A stretch of DNA of 63,474 nt, filler included, from Octopus bimaculoides (GCF_001194135.2; 6 parts of 6 records of this genome joined end to end with filler, not necessarily neighbours in it); one strand, 5' to 3'. Positions 12,454 through 25,695 are shown, counted from the first letter of the whole stretch. Numbers and translations: made by a program. Notes: a model not told the origin generated them from the letters alone.

Positions 12454-14742
12454 TGACAGATAGATAAAGAGATGCTGTTATAACACACACACATATATAT
12501 AGCCATATATACATATACATACAAATATATATATATTTATATATATATATATATATATATNNNNNNNNNNNNNNNNNNNNCTCGCATTCGCATGTGTATG
12601 TCAGTGTATGTTCTTATGCATGTATGTGGTTATATCTTCCTATTCGTTAGAAATATACCTAGAACGTTACCCATATTAATTACACTATTTGAAGAGACTG
12701 AAGCGACGATTAGCCTGTTATTCGTCTTTGATTCATTTGCAAAGTCTGGAATAAACATGTTGCGTCTATTGAAACATTAACAATTTCTTATTATAAGCCA
12801 ATAATCTCAATAATCCTACAAACTTCCCGTATTACCAGCGGAGAAAATAAGAAAAAAAAATCTGCTAACCACCAACACAACGAAGAGCCTGATTCTTTCT
12901 TTGACTCTAGAAGATTCCTATGCTATATTTGGTTGTGTTACTTCCGTATGGAACATTTTGTGTCATTCTATAAGGATGAGGTATAATATAGTATATATAT
13001 AATGTGTGTATATATATATATATTCTTTATATAGATTGGGTGATAAATTGAATATTAATTCAATTTAAAACCAAGTGGCCTAGCATATATAATGTCTGAA
13101 AATTCAGAAAAAATTGTATTACACGTGTATAAGGGATGACCATTAGGTGGACATCCAATATGCTAGAAAGAGGTCATCAACGATCCAATCACAAGACACA
13201 AATGGAAAACAAAACGAACAGTATAAAAAACAACCCTTCATCAGTTGTTGGCTGTTTTTCTAGTCTCGTATTTCGAGTATTTAACAACAATATACGCTTT
13301 CGATAAAACAGTTGCTCCCCCAAAGCAAATTAAAGAAAATTTGAGATCTTACGGAAGGCCAAAATTGGTAACACAAACAGGACAGTGAACACAAACGGGA
13401 AGGGCTGCTTAGCCTAAACTTGGTTGTGGTGGCGGGCGCGTAAATCAAGCTAGGACAGGAGACAAACAAGAACACGTATATAAGGATATGACAATCAAAA
13501 AGGAACGAACAATTTTCTTATGTACCTCATTAGCTTACAGCTGTTTCGACAGTATGATGTGATGGACGCATAGTTGAGACCAGACCATCTTAGAGTTTTA
13601 TCAGAGCTTCACATATGAACTGCAATTTATTTGAGAAAAACAAATGCATTTAAGCATACATAAGGGAAAATAAAAACACTTAGAAGCACGCGCACGCACA
13701 CACACACACACATGCACACAGAAAAAAAGAGAGATGGAGAGATATAGATATGAATATATAAGTATATGCGTATGTGTGTGTGCGTGTATGAATTTGTGCG
13801 TGTGTGTGTATTTGTGTATGGTGGGGGGGGGGGGAAGTNNNNNNNNNNNNNNNNNNNNNNNNNNNNNNNNNNNNNNNNNNNNNNNNNNNNNNNNNNNNNN
13901 NNNNNNNNNNNNNNNNNNNNNNNNNNNNNNNNNNNNNNNNNNNNNNNNNNNNNNNNNNNNNNNNNNNNNNNNNNNNNNNNNNNNNNNNNNNNNNNNNNNN
14001 NNNNNNNNNNNNNNNNNNNNNNNNNNNNNNNNNNNNNNNNNNNNNNNNNNNNNNNNNNNNNNNNNNNNNNNNNNNNNNNNNNNNNNNNNNNNNNNNNNNN
14101 NNNNNNNNNNNNNNNNNNNNNNNNNNNNNNNNNNNNNNNNNNNNNNNNNNNNNNNNNNNNNNNNNNNNNNNNNNNNNNNNNNNNNNNNNNNNNNNNNNNN
14201 NNNNNNNNNNNNNNNNNNNNNNNNNNNNNNNNNNNNNNNNNNNNNNNNNNNNNNNNNNNNNNNNNNNNNNNNNNNNNNNNNNNNNNNNNNNNNNNNNNNN
14301 NNNNNNNNNNNNNNNNNNNNNNNNNNNNNNNNNNNNNNNNNNNNNNNNNNNNNNNNNNNNNNNNNNNNNNNNNNNNNNNNNNNNNNNNNNNNNNNNNNNN
14401 NNNNNNNNNNNNNNNNNNNNNNNNNNNNNNNNNNNNNNNNNNNNNNNNNNNNNNNNNNNNNNNNNNNNNNNNNNNNNNNNNNNNNNNNNNNNNNNNNNNN
14501 NNNNNNNNNNNNNNNNNNNNNNNNNNNNNNNNNNNNNNNNNNNNNNNNNNNNNNNNNNNNNNNNNNNNNNNNNNNNNNNNNNNNNNNNNNNNNNNNNNNN
14601 NNNNNNNNNNNNNNNNNNNNNNNNNNNNNNNNNNNNNNNNNNNNNNNNNNNNNNNNNNNNNNATATATATACTCTATATTTATATATAATATATATATGT
14701 ATATACCAACATATATCTATAATTATCAATCTATCCATACAT

Positions 14743-14804
<62 letters not shown>

Positions 14805-15312
14805 AACATACGCAAACCCACATATTTATATATAACTTATATTCATATTTTCTTCATTGGAAATTATAGATATTTGTAGGAGTATGATGTCGAATATTAA
14901 TCTGTGGTGGAGCGCTAAGCATGAAGTTCTTTTTACAGTCATACGTTATGTTATGTTATGTTAGCCAACCACGTGTCCAGTGATTAGCACAGGTTTTCAT
15001 TTGGAAGTAATGGGTATTGACTTTAGATTTTTATCTTGTAAAAGATTCCCATCTTTTTCCTCATCTGTTTCCTATCAACCTCAATATACACAGTACTAAT
15101 ATTACATTTATATCACTTGGCATTTTTAAGAGAAATTGTAAGCAGTAGAGGTGGAATAAGGTTGCTTTGGTAAGCTGTTGATGACGATGGCAATTGCGGC
15201 AGTAGCGGTGTAGCGGTGGTGACTTTGACGGTAGTAATCATAGGAGTGGTGGTGATGATGATGTTTATAATGGTGGTGGTGGTGGTGGTGGTGGTGGTGG
15301 TGAAACTCTTAC

Positions 15313-15365
15313 CTGAAATGCAACGCGGACTTTAATTTCCTTTCCATCAATATGCTTCACATGGT
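15313..15365 (-). CDS. Candidate internal exon (phase 1-0), xHVKHIDGKEIKVRVAFQ (resembles RRM beta4)
   Basis: Acceptor TTTTTCTATAG|, consensus donor CAG|GTAAGA, and only one open frame. Confidence 0.5.
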
Positions 15366-15860
15366 CTATAGAAAAATGTCAGCAGATGAGTACTGCATAG
15401 ATTTTTGTTCATGTTTGAAGTTGTGTAGTTCCTAATTGTGACAACTCTATCGAATCTCCATTTGTGAAGAATTATTTATATATTCAATTCATCCACTGGC
15501 TGCTCTTCACCCTGAACAGGTCATGTAATACCATTTTACTCAATTCCATCCATCTATCCATCCATCCATCTATCCATTCATTCAACCATCCATCCATCTA
15601 TGTATCCTTGGAGCGGAGAATATTCTATGTATTTGATTAATGTACATGCTACCAGTGATGAGAGCTCGCTTAACACTGTAGCAACCAAAGTAGCAAATGA
15701 AGAGCCGCCTACGTGGTCATTCGTCGAGGTAAAAATAGCAGCTAAATCTCCATCGAATTACTTAGTACTATTTTTAAAGGAATGAAGATCATGTTGAACA
15801 GTATATATTTTTAAATACAAAACTAGTGTAATGTCACGGTTGGAACGACTATTATCATAG

Positions 15861-15900
15861 ATCTGAAACTGTGGGATGAAACTGATATTACTATACTGGG
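15861..15900 (+). CDS. Candidate small exon (phase 1-2), xLKLWDETDITILG
   Basis: Acceptor TTATCATAG|, donor GGG|GTGAGT, single open frame. Not yet linked in phase to neighbouring exons. Confidence 0.3.
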
Positions 15901-16172
15901 GTGAGTTGTACTCCCAATAAACACTTGAATAACGAAATTTGAAGTGACAGCCCTACATACCCCCACGCACATGCACTCATCAGCTGGGTGTCACTTCAGA
16001 ATTAATTATATAATCAAAATGTTTTCATTTTAAAGACGTTTTCTCTTCAGAGAAATTATAAGGTTTGTGTAATGAAATAATTTCTGTAGGGTTATTAAAA
16101 CCGAATTAAAGCTCTAATGATGAGCGTGGTTATTGACATTATGTATATATACGTATACATGTGTGTGTGTGT

Positions 16173-16233
<61 letters not shown>

Positions 16234-16286
16234 TGTGTGTTTATATATGCATATATGAATGCATATATAAATATATAATGATGATG

Positions 16287-16330
<44 letters not shown>

Positions 16331-16383
16331 CATAATAATAATCATTATTATTATTATTATTATTATCATTATTATTATTATTA

Positions 16384-16421
<38 letters not shown>

Positions 16422-16964
16422 ATAAGTTGAACACTGGGGTCCATGTAACCCCTTAACGCCTCCTTGAAGTTGCTGGCCTTGTTCCAAAATTTGAAACCAA
16501 TTATAGATTTATAATATTCATTATATGTCATCAATTTAAAGAAAAACGTCTATATTTTGGTTTGTATCTCTTTCAGATTGTGCATCCACATGTTAGTTTT
16601 CTACCCCGTCTTGTTTCACTTGCTATTATTGCACAAGGGTGGTCACTTTGAAGGTTCTGCTATTGGCTTCATCTGGTTGTTGTTTCTAGCGAACCAAACA
16701 ACTCTGTCTTACGCTTTATTGATGCATTTTCATTCCTCTTCCTAGTAAATACATCAAAGATATTAAAGATATTGTGTTGCAAATATTTCTTTGAGATCGA
16801 GCAAGTATCTTGAAGTTCTGGTATTTTTAAAAATATAAGTGTATTTTCTAAAAAGACATTCATGGAAGACTGGACCTATTATTATCGGCAAAAATCATGT
16901 GAAATATTCCAAACCCAATTCTGTGATCAGAAATATAAATGCTCAATAATTGTTGAATAAATAG

Positions 16965-17175
16965 GAGGACGAACTGGCTGAATCGTTAGCACAGTGAGCG
17001 GAATATTTAGTGCCATTTCTTCCGCTTTTTATGTTCTGAGTTCAAATTTCGCTGAGATTCAGTATAGATTTCAATTCTTTTGGGGGCAATAATTTTACCA
17101 GTTAAGCAATGAGCTCAGTGAGACCGTCAACTAACACCTCCTTCAAGAATTTCAGGCCCTTTACCTATATTAGAG
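16965..17175 (+). mobile_element. tRNA-derived SINE (family A), degenerate
   Basis: CTGGCTGAATCGTTAGCA...TTCTGAGTTCAAAT...AATTTCAGGCC; homologous to 58741-58957. Confidence 0.7.
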
Positions 17176-17674
17176 CATATATATCTATCCAAATATTATT
17201 GGAAGACATGTGTATCATTTTCGTGAAGGAAACGGAAAGAAGCAAATTTAAATAAATGGTTTCCATACCACGCATATTCTCCTTCAAGAATAAAAATTGT
17301 ATCCTTTATACATTACGTCATTTATATATTTATGTATGTGTATATATATATATATATATACATATATATACACAATCATACATGCATAAGTATCCTAATA
17401 TATACATGCTTATAACTTAAATGTGTTTAAATTATTACATCATTCGTGTAATATATTTAAAACATACACATATTTAAGGGCTATATTTCACTGTTCTGTT
17501 ATATTTTGTGTTATTTTACAAATGATGTTTATATACACTATTAAAGAATAAGCGGTAACAAAACTGTATTATGTTTAAACAGAAATCCCAAGACCGATAA
17601 TCGTTTTTGCAATATCTTTGGAGTAGATACGATATATATATGTGTGTGTACATCTGTTTGTGTTTGTATGTATG

Positions 17675-17705
<31 letters not shown>

Positions 17706-18382
17706 NNNNNNNNNNNNNNNNNNNNNNNNNNNNNNNNNNNNNNNNNNNNNNNNNNNNNNNNNNNNNNNNNNNNNNNNNNNNNNNNNNNNNNNNNNNNNNN
17801 NNNNNNNNNNNNNNNNNNNNNNNNNNNNNNNNNNNNNNNNNNNNNNNNNNNNNNNNNNNNNNNNNNNNNNNNNNNNNNNNNNNNNNNNNNNNNNNNNNNN
17901 NNNNNNNNNNNNNNNNNNNNNNNNNNNNNNNNNNNNNNNNNNNNNNNNNNNNNNNNNNNNNNNNNNNNNNNNNNNNNNNNNNNNNNNNNNNNNNNNNNNN
18001 NNNNNNNNNNNNNNNNNNNNNNNNNNNNNNNNNNNNNNNNNNNNNNNNNNNNNNNNNNNNNNNNNNNNNNNNNNNNNNNNNNNNNNNNNNNNNNNNNNNN
18101 NNNNNNNNNNNNNNNNNNNNNNNNNNNNNNNNNNNNNNNNNNNNNNNNNNNNNNNNNNNNNNNNNNNNNNNNNNNNNNNNNNNNNNNNNNNNNNNNNNNN
18201 NNNNNNNNNNNNNNNNNNNNNNNNNNNNNNNNNNNNNNNNNNNNNNNNNNNNNNNNNNNNNNNNNNNNNNNNNNNNNNNNNNNNNNNNNNNNNNNNNNNN
18301 NNNNNNNNNNNNNNNNNNNNNNNNNNNNNNNNNNNNNNNNNNNNNNNNNNNNNNNNNNNNNNNAGGTAGAGAAACCTTGGAG

Positions 18383-18417
<35 letters not shown>

Positions 18418-18544
18418 TGGTATATTTTAAAAACTTTTTGTTCGTTCCTCTTATATTAAAATACATTCCAAATATCTGTTGTTGTTGTTGTTGTTGTTTA
18501 TTTTTGTCTGTTTCATCTTCCTGAAAATAGGGTACTGCATTTTA

Positions 18545-18940
18545 AGATGCCGATGACGATAATTTCTGCTAGTATCATCGTTATTATCATACACCTACAA
18601 CAGCAACAACAGTTATTATCGACATCATTTCCATCTCTATTTTTATCACTATCATCAACATCATTCTCATCATGATGATTATTATCAAAATCCTCCTCAT
18701 CATCATCATCATCCTCATCTCCATCATCGTCGTCGTAGTCGTCGTCATTATCATCATCATCATTATCGTCATCTCCTACATCATCATCATCATCATTATC
18801 CTTATCAACATCATCATTGTCGCTTGTATGATCATCCACCACGTCGTCGTGGTCGTTGTCTTTAGCGTGATCATCATCAGAGTTCTCATACTCATCTTTA
18901 TCACCATCACTGTGGTCGTCGTCATCATGACGCTATTATG
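18545..18940. repeat. Degenerate (ATC/GTC)n trinucleotide low-complexity tract (second block at ~19255-19665)
   Basis: Runs of CATCATCAT/GTCGTC. These are the source of the spurious poly-Asp and poly-Ile ORFs. Confidence 0.9.
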
Positions 18941-18946
18941 ATAATG

Positions 18947-19007
<61 letters not shown>

Positions 19008-19015
<8 letters not shown>

Positions 19016-19223
19016 TATTCAGACAAATACATACCAAAAACACCAGGACTTACAAATATATATAACATACAGAAAATTGCACTACTGGGTACTGCACACA
19101 TTCTACGCAAAACACTTTCAATACAGTAAACATAAGAGCACCACAGCAAACCACAGCACATACCCAAGGCGCACAGAGCTGCGCTCGGTAGTGAAGTGAA
19201 AGCACGTTATAAAAATAAAACTA

Positions 19224-19228
<5 letters not shown>
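19008..19228 (+). mobile_element. 5'-truncated R4/Dong-type RLE non-LTR retrotransposon (3' end) inside (AAT)n
   Basis: Encodes KKYSDKYIPKTPGLTNIYNIQKIALLGTAHILRKTLSIQ* plus the 3' UTR. About 8 substitutions over ~215 bp versus 28730-28948. (AAT)n on both sides. Confidence 0.9.
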
Positions 19229-19256
<28 letters not shown>

Positions 19257-19836
19257 CAACGACAGTAACAAAGTCACCAGCAACAATGTCATCAAGCTCA
19301 TAGTCTTCATCATTATAATCATCATCAATATCATCATTATCGTCGTCTGACAAGCGTAATTACAGCTAGACGAATAAGACTTTCGCATCATCACCATTAT
19401 CACCATCGTCATCATAATCATCCGCGTCATCGTCGCCATCATCATATTCATAGTCGTCGTCGTCTTCGTTGTCGTCATCATCATTGTCACCCCATTGTGA
19501 AAATATTTAACTAAGCTTTACTAAAACTGTCATAAGCTTCATTAGCTTGGTTATCGCAATACTCTACTCCAACTATTACCACCACCACCACCACCACCAT
19601 CATCATCACCATCGCTAAAGTTGTCACCGGTTTCGTTGTTGTTGTCATCTTCATCATTATCAACGTTATAGCCATGGTTGGCGATATAACCAGTGTTGCC
19701 ATGAGCATAATTGTTGAGTACATTATTTACACAGGCATATATGCACACTGCCTTCCATTACGGCACACATTTCCATTTACGTATATACCTCTATACATAC
19801 ATCGATACATACATATACACACACACACACACACAC

Positions 19837-19891
<55 letters not shown>

Positions 19892-20139
19892 GAGAGAGAG
19901 AGAGAGAGAGAGATTGATAGATAATTGATAGATACACATACAATCACACATATATATGCAAATTTATACATACATACATTTATATGCATATATATGTATT
20001 AATATTTATGTATGTATATATATGCATATATATATATATATATATACGTATATGTATATGACTATGTGCATGTATGTTTGTAAGACATATATATTTATAT
20101 ATATGCATGCGTATATATACATGAATATATCGATAAGTT

Positions 20140-20170
<31 letters not shown>

Positions 20171-20599
20171 GTTAGTGTATGTATATGTCTATATGTATAT
20201 ATATTTACACTTTATATAGCTCTTGTACGCGCTAACATACACGTTTATCAAAATAAGCATTTATCTGATGTTAGATATACATACTAAGATAGGATTGCTA
20301 AATGGTAAGATATCGATGGAACAAAAACACAAAATGGAAGAAGGAAAATAATTCGTTTCATCCATCGTCTTTCACAAAACGAAGTCGAAGAGCCAAAGAG
20401 TAAAGTGAGAAGATTTAGAAGACAAATGATATCAGAGTGTTTGAAATAAAAGCAGGAACTCTGATAGAATTTCCAGGAATAGTGAGAAAACATTTCGACA
20501 ACGAGAAGAACGAGAGAAACACCGAGAAACGAATCTCGTAGTGGAACGAGAGTTAGTTGAGAAAAATTTATTGGGTATACATGTATATACATACATACG

Positions 20600-20635
<36 letters not shown>

Positions 20636-20735
20636 NNNNNNNNNNNNNNNNNNNNNNNNNNNNNNNNNNNNNNNNNNNNTTAATTAATTAANNNNNNNNN
20701 NNNNNNNNNNNNNNNNNNNNNNNNNNNNNNNNNNN

Positions 20736-20769
<34 letters not shown>

Positions 20770-21148
20770 TTATCTATCTACCTATGTATATGTGTGTGTG
20801 CGTGTGTGTGTATCTACGTGTGTGTGCCATTGGTAGGCAATACCTACTTAGGGAAATAAATCGTATACCAATAACAACGATAAATAAACTTTAATGAACA
20901 AACTACGAGCAGTAAAAACGTATTCATACCCAAACAGTTCCACTTGATAAAATTCAACTGCGGCACGTATGCTCAACAATAAATCATAAATAAGTTTAGA
21001 AGACATAAATTTCAAAACGTCGATATGTGCATACATATCTCATGGTAGTTTTCAGGTCTCATTAAGCATAGAAACATATGCACGCACGCATGCACGCGCG
21101 TACTCACGCACACACGCACACACGCACACACACACACACACACACGCA

Positions 21149-21179
<31 letters not shown>

Positions 21180-21362
21180 TCATAATTGAATATACATTCT
21201 ATGTACGGATATGTGTGTTGAGGATGTATGATATATGTATATATATTTATAAGAAATTTTGATTTATTAAGTCTCACAATGAATTCTTTATACTGAACTA
21301 TATATTGAAGAAGATAAATATGTTCATTTGAATATATACGTTTTTGCGTCGTAACTCCTTTA

Positions 21363-21403
<41 letters not shown>

Positions 21404-21553
21404 NNNNNNNNNNNNNNNNNNNNNNNNNNNNNNNNNNNNNNNNNNNNNNNNNNNNNNNNNNNNNNNNNNNNNNNNNNNNNNNNNNNNNNNNNNNNNNNNN
21501 NNNNNNNNNNNNNNNNNNNNNNNNNNNNNNNNNNNNNNNNNNNNNNNNNNNNN

Positions 21554-21593
<40 letters not shown>

Positions 21594-22067
21594 TCTACAT
21601 ATACGTATTTAGAAACTGAAAGAAAGGTTTGTAGAATTAAGTATAACCCTAGTATATTTGTGTGTGTGCGTGTGCTAATGCATGTTTGCTTGTGCACATG
21701 TTTAAGCTTTTGCGTGCGTGATTTTCTGCAAAAACTCGCACGCCTCTTTCGTTCTAGGTTATTCATTTTTTTAAACTTATGCTATATTAAACTGCATGAA
21801 AATATAAATACACGTTCTCTCTCCCTCTGTGTGTAAATATTTATTTGTCCACACACAAACATGTACCCGTAAATAAACCTTATATTATGTTATACAATTT
21901 AATATTATATCAAATTATATTATCTATCATTATATTTTAATATATAATGTGCAATAATATATGAAAATTTTACAAGAAGTTTCTTCCACAATTTATCAAT
22001 TTTATTATTTTGTTTGGCTTACACCTACAAACACCCAAACAGCTATAAGTATGCATGTGTGTGTGTA

Positions 22068-22119
<52 letters not shown>

Positions 22120-22275
22120 CATGCACAATATATATATACATGTATGTATGTTTACATACATACACACACCTGCACACGCACACTCATACGCACACATACA
22201 CACACATATACATCTATTCCTCATGGTCATTGAATATTCTTCATATATTATTGGATAAATATTTACAACAGCATT

Positions 22276-22287
22276 AATAATAATAGC

Positions 22288-22349
<62 letters not shown>

Positions 22350-22355
22350 TAATGA

Positions 22356-22386
<31 letters not shown>

Positions 22387-22442
22387 AAGAAGAAGAAGAA
22401 GAAGAAGAAGAAGAAGAAGAAGAAGAAGAAGAAGAAGAAGAG
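22276..22442. repeat. Compound microsatellite (AAT)n-(AAG)n
   Basis: Directly visible. Confidence 0.95.
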
Positions 22443-22841
22443 CAACAACAACTAAAATTTTGTGTACATTGTTGAATTTGTTGAAATACTCGTTTCGCTA
22501 GTTTCGGTTATAACTCTTATATCCGAAGTTTCATGTCACGCCAAGGTTGACTGCATTCCAATCCCACCCACGTCTTTCAATTTAGTATAACAATAATGAA
22601 TGGCAGGTACTAAACCAGCTCCCTAAATCTTTACACACGCTATGATTCGATTTACGTGACCATATCTTAAAGATAGACTATAAATTTCAAAAGAGTAAAT
22701 TGGTGTAATTAGTTCGGTGCTGTGTCAGAGTCTCGTTCTCCAAATTCAGTAATACGCTGGGGTTGTTTCAACCTTATGATTATTCTGCTTATTACAAAAC
22801 CATTGATAGCACATCCTCAAAGAGACTCTCTCTTCCTACAG

Positions 22842-22914
22842 GAGGACGGACAAGGTCTCTTGAGGAAATTTACATTGGATATTTCAGTTCTGAGATCGAA
22901 TCTTGATGAAGATG
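22842..22914 (+). CDS. Candidate internal exon (phase 0-1), EDGQGLLRKFTLDISVLRSNLDED; unknown gene
   Basis: Acceptor CTCTCTCTTCCTACAG|, donor ATG|GTAAAT, and only frame 0 is open to the donor. Confidence 0.55.
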
Positions 22915-23027
22915 GTAAATTTTATTCATTTTGGATTCGATAACATAGGCGATCGGCAAAAAATGTTGCCAATATAACAATATAATCGGCTATAATTGAA
23001 GTCAACACTAAAATTAGTGAAGCCACT

Positions 23028-23180
23028 TTCTTCTTCTTCTTCTTCTTCTTCTTCTTCTTCTTCTTCTTCTTCTTCTGCTTCTTCTTCTTCTTCTTCTTCT
23101 TCTTCTTCTTCTTCTTCTTCTTCTTCTTCTTCTTCTTCTTCTTCTTCTTCTTCTTCAAATTTATTATTGTTATTATTATC
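23028..23180. repeat. (CTT)n tract followed by short (TTA)n
   Basis: Directly visible. Reverse-complementary to 22276-22442. Confidence 0.95.
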
Positions 23181-23184
23181 TTTG

Positions 23185-23372
23185 TAACACGGAGAAAATC
23201 CTGAGTGGTATTTCCTTCTTGTTAGGATTCTGGGTTCAAATTCTGTCGAGGTCGTCTGTGCCTTTCATCCTTTTGGGGTCGATAAAACGGTTACCATTTG
23301 AGTACTGGAGTCGATGTAATCGACTATTCCCTTCCCTCCAAATTTCAGGCCTTGTGCCTATATTAGAAAGGA
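23185..23372 (+). mobile_element. tRNA-derived SINE (family A), 5'-eroded
   Basis: GGGTTCAAATTCTGTCGAGGTC...GCCTTTCATCCTTTTGGGGTCGATAAAA...AAATTTCAGGCCTTGTGCC. Confidence 0.85.
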
Positions 23373-23972
23373 TTATTATTATTATCATTATTATTATTAT
23401 TATTATTATTATTGTTATTATTATTAATATTATCGTCATCATCAACATCATCGACATTATTCAATGGAGAAGAGAATAAAAACGGATGAAAAAGAGGAGA
23501 AAAGAAGAAGAAGAAGAAGAAGAAGAAGAAGAAGAAGAGTGTATATCGCAATTATCATTATTGTTGCTGGTGTTGTTGTTGTTTCCTTTTTTGCTTCTCT
23601 GTTCTGAATAACTAAATTTTTGGGACAATTTTCCGCATAATTTTATTATATGTTATTGTGATATGTATGTTGAATACCAATAAATATTGGCTTCCTCGTT
23701 CTGCTGCGGTATCTCTTACTGTCTATGTTATATACATACACTCTAATATAGACGTAATCATACATAGACGTATTCATACACGAACACACGCACACACGCA
23801 CACACACACAGACACACAGACGCGCGCACGCGCGCGTAAAGAACACACCTGCACGCACATATTTTTTCTACGTGGATGTATATCTCCACATTTCAATACT
23901 TATATGTGTGTGTGTTGTGTTTGTAGGTGTGTGTGTATGTGTGAATGTCGGTGTGTTTGTTTGTGTGTGTAT

Positions 23973-24026
<54 letters not shown>

Positions 24027-24557
24027 ATATATGTATATATATATATACATACATGTGTATACAAATAACGGAACATATGTGTGTGTGTATATGTATATAT
24101 ATATAAATATATATATATATAAATANNNNNNNNNNNNNNNNNNNNNNNNNNNNNNNNNNNNNNNNNNNNNNNNNNNNNNNNNNNNNNNNNNNNNNNNNNT
24201 ATATATATATATACGTATACATAGACATATATATATATATACATATATACATACACACACACACGCGCGCACACACATATATATATATATACAGACACAA
24301 ATAAGAACTTCTGTAGAGATAAATATATATAGTATATGTGTATCTGTGTGCGTGTGTGTGCATGTGTATGTGTGTGTGTGTGTGTGTGCACAATAAATAT
24401 ATAAATTTCCTTGCAGCAGAGTTGTGCAACTGTCTTGTTACATGCTTTGCTTGCCATTTTGCAGATAAAATATAATAGGATAGGAGAGACTAGAAGAAAT
24501 AATGGCAATAATAACAACAACAACAACAACACCAACAACAACAACAACAATAATAAT

Positions 24558-24592
<35 letters not shown>

Positions 24593-25648
24593 TACGACTA
24601 TTACAGAAAATTAAAAGAAGGGTAATAATGATTGTCTAAGCTGAAGATGAAGTGGAGTATTGCATAGTATAAGCATAAAATAAATAGATAAAACCCTTTT
24701 TCACAAAGAATTCCTCACATCCCCGAAGGAATATATTTTGAAAATCNNNNNNNNNNNNNNNNNNNNNNNNNNNNNNNNNNNNNNNNNNNNNNNNNNNNNN
24801 NNNNNNNNNNNNNNNNNNNNNNNNNNNNNNNNNNNNNNNNNNNNNNNNNNNNNNNNNNNNNNNNNNNNNNNNNNNNNNNNNNNNNNNNNNNNNNNNNNNN
24901 NNNNNNNNNNNNNNNNNNNNNNNNNNNNNNNNNNNNNNNNNNNNNNNNNNNNNNNNNNNNNNNNNNNNNNNNNNNNNNNNNNNNNNNNNNNNNNNNNNNN
25001 NNNNNNNNNNNNNNNNNNNNNNNNNNNNNNNNNNNNNNNNNNNNNNNNNNNNNNNNNNNNNNNNNNNNNNNNNNNNNNNNNNNNNNNNNNNNNNNNNNNN
25101 NNNNNNNNNNNNNNNNNNNNNNNNNNNNNNNNNNNNNNNNNNNNNNNNNNNNNNNNNNNNNNNNNNNNNNNNNNNNNNNNNNNNNNNNNNNNNNNNNNNN
25201 NNNNNNNNNNNNNNNNNNNNNNNNNNNNNNNNNNNNNNNNNNNNNNNNNNNNNNNNNNNNNNNNNNNNNNNNNNNNNNNNNNNNNNNNNNNNNNNNNNNN
25301 NNNNNNNNNNNNNNNNNNNNNNNNNNNNNNNNNNNNNNNNNNNNNNNNNNNNNNNNNNNNNNNNNNNNNNNNNNNNNNNNNNNNNNNNNNNNNNNNNNNN
25401 NNNNNNNNNNNNNNNNNNNNNNNNNNNNNNNNNNNNNNNNNNNNNNNNNNNNNNNNNNNNNNNNNNNNNNNNNNNNNNNNNNNNNNNNNNNNNNNNNNNN
25501 NNNNNNNNNNNNNNNNNNNNNNNNNNNNNNNNNNNNNNNNNNNNNNNNNNNNNNNNNNNNNNNNNNNNNNNNNNNNNNNNNNNNNNNNNNNNNNNNNNNN
25601 NNNNNNNNNNNNNNNNNNNNNNNNNNNNNNNNNNNNNNNNNNNNNNNN

Positions 25649-25695
<47 letters not shown>

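Noticed and set aside
15313-15365. VAFQ resemblance to the NEURL4-type ADP-ribosyltransferase C-terminus
   Set aside because: No following exon with xxRPGSY or ELEW was found downstream on the minus strand.
18513-18941. Poly-Asp ORF suggesting an acidic biomineralisation protein (also poly-Ile, -Asn, -Lys and -Ser ORFs elsewhere)
   Set aside because: These are translations of (ATC)n, (AAT)n and (AAG)n microsatellites, open in several frames, with no flanking coding context.
20300-20575. Purine-rich, protein-like stretch (similar one at 8200-8580)
   Set aside because: Open frames are short and switch register, with no usable splice sites and no recognisable motif.
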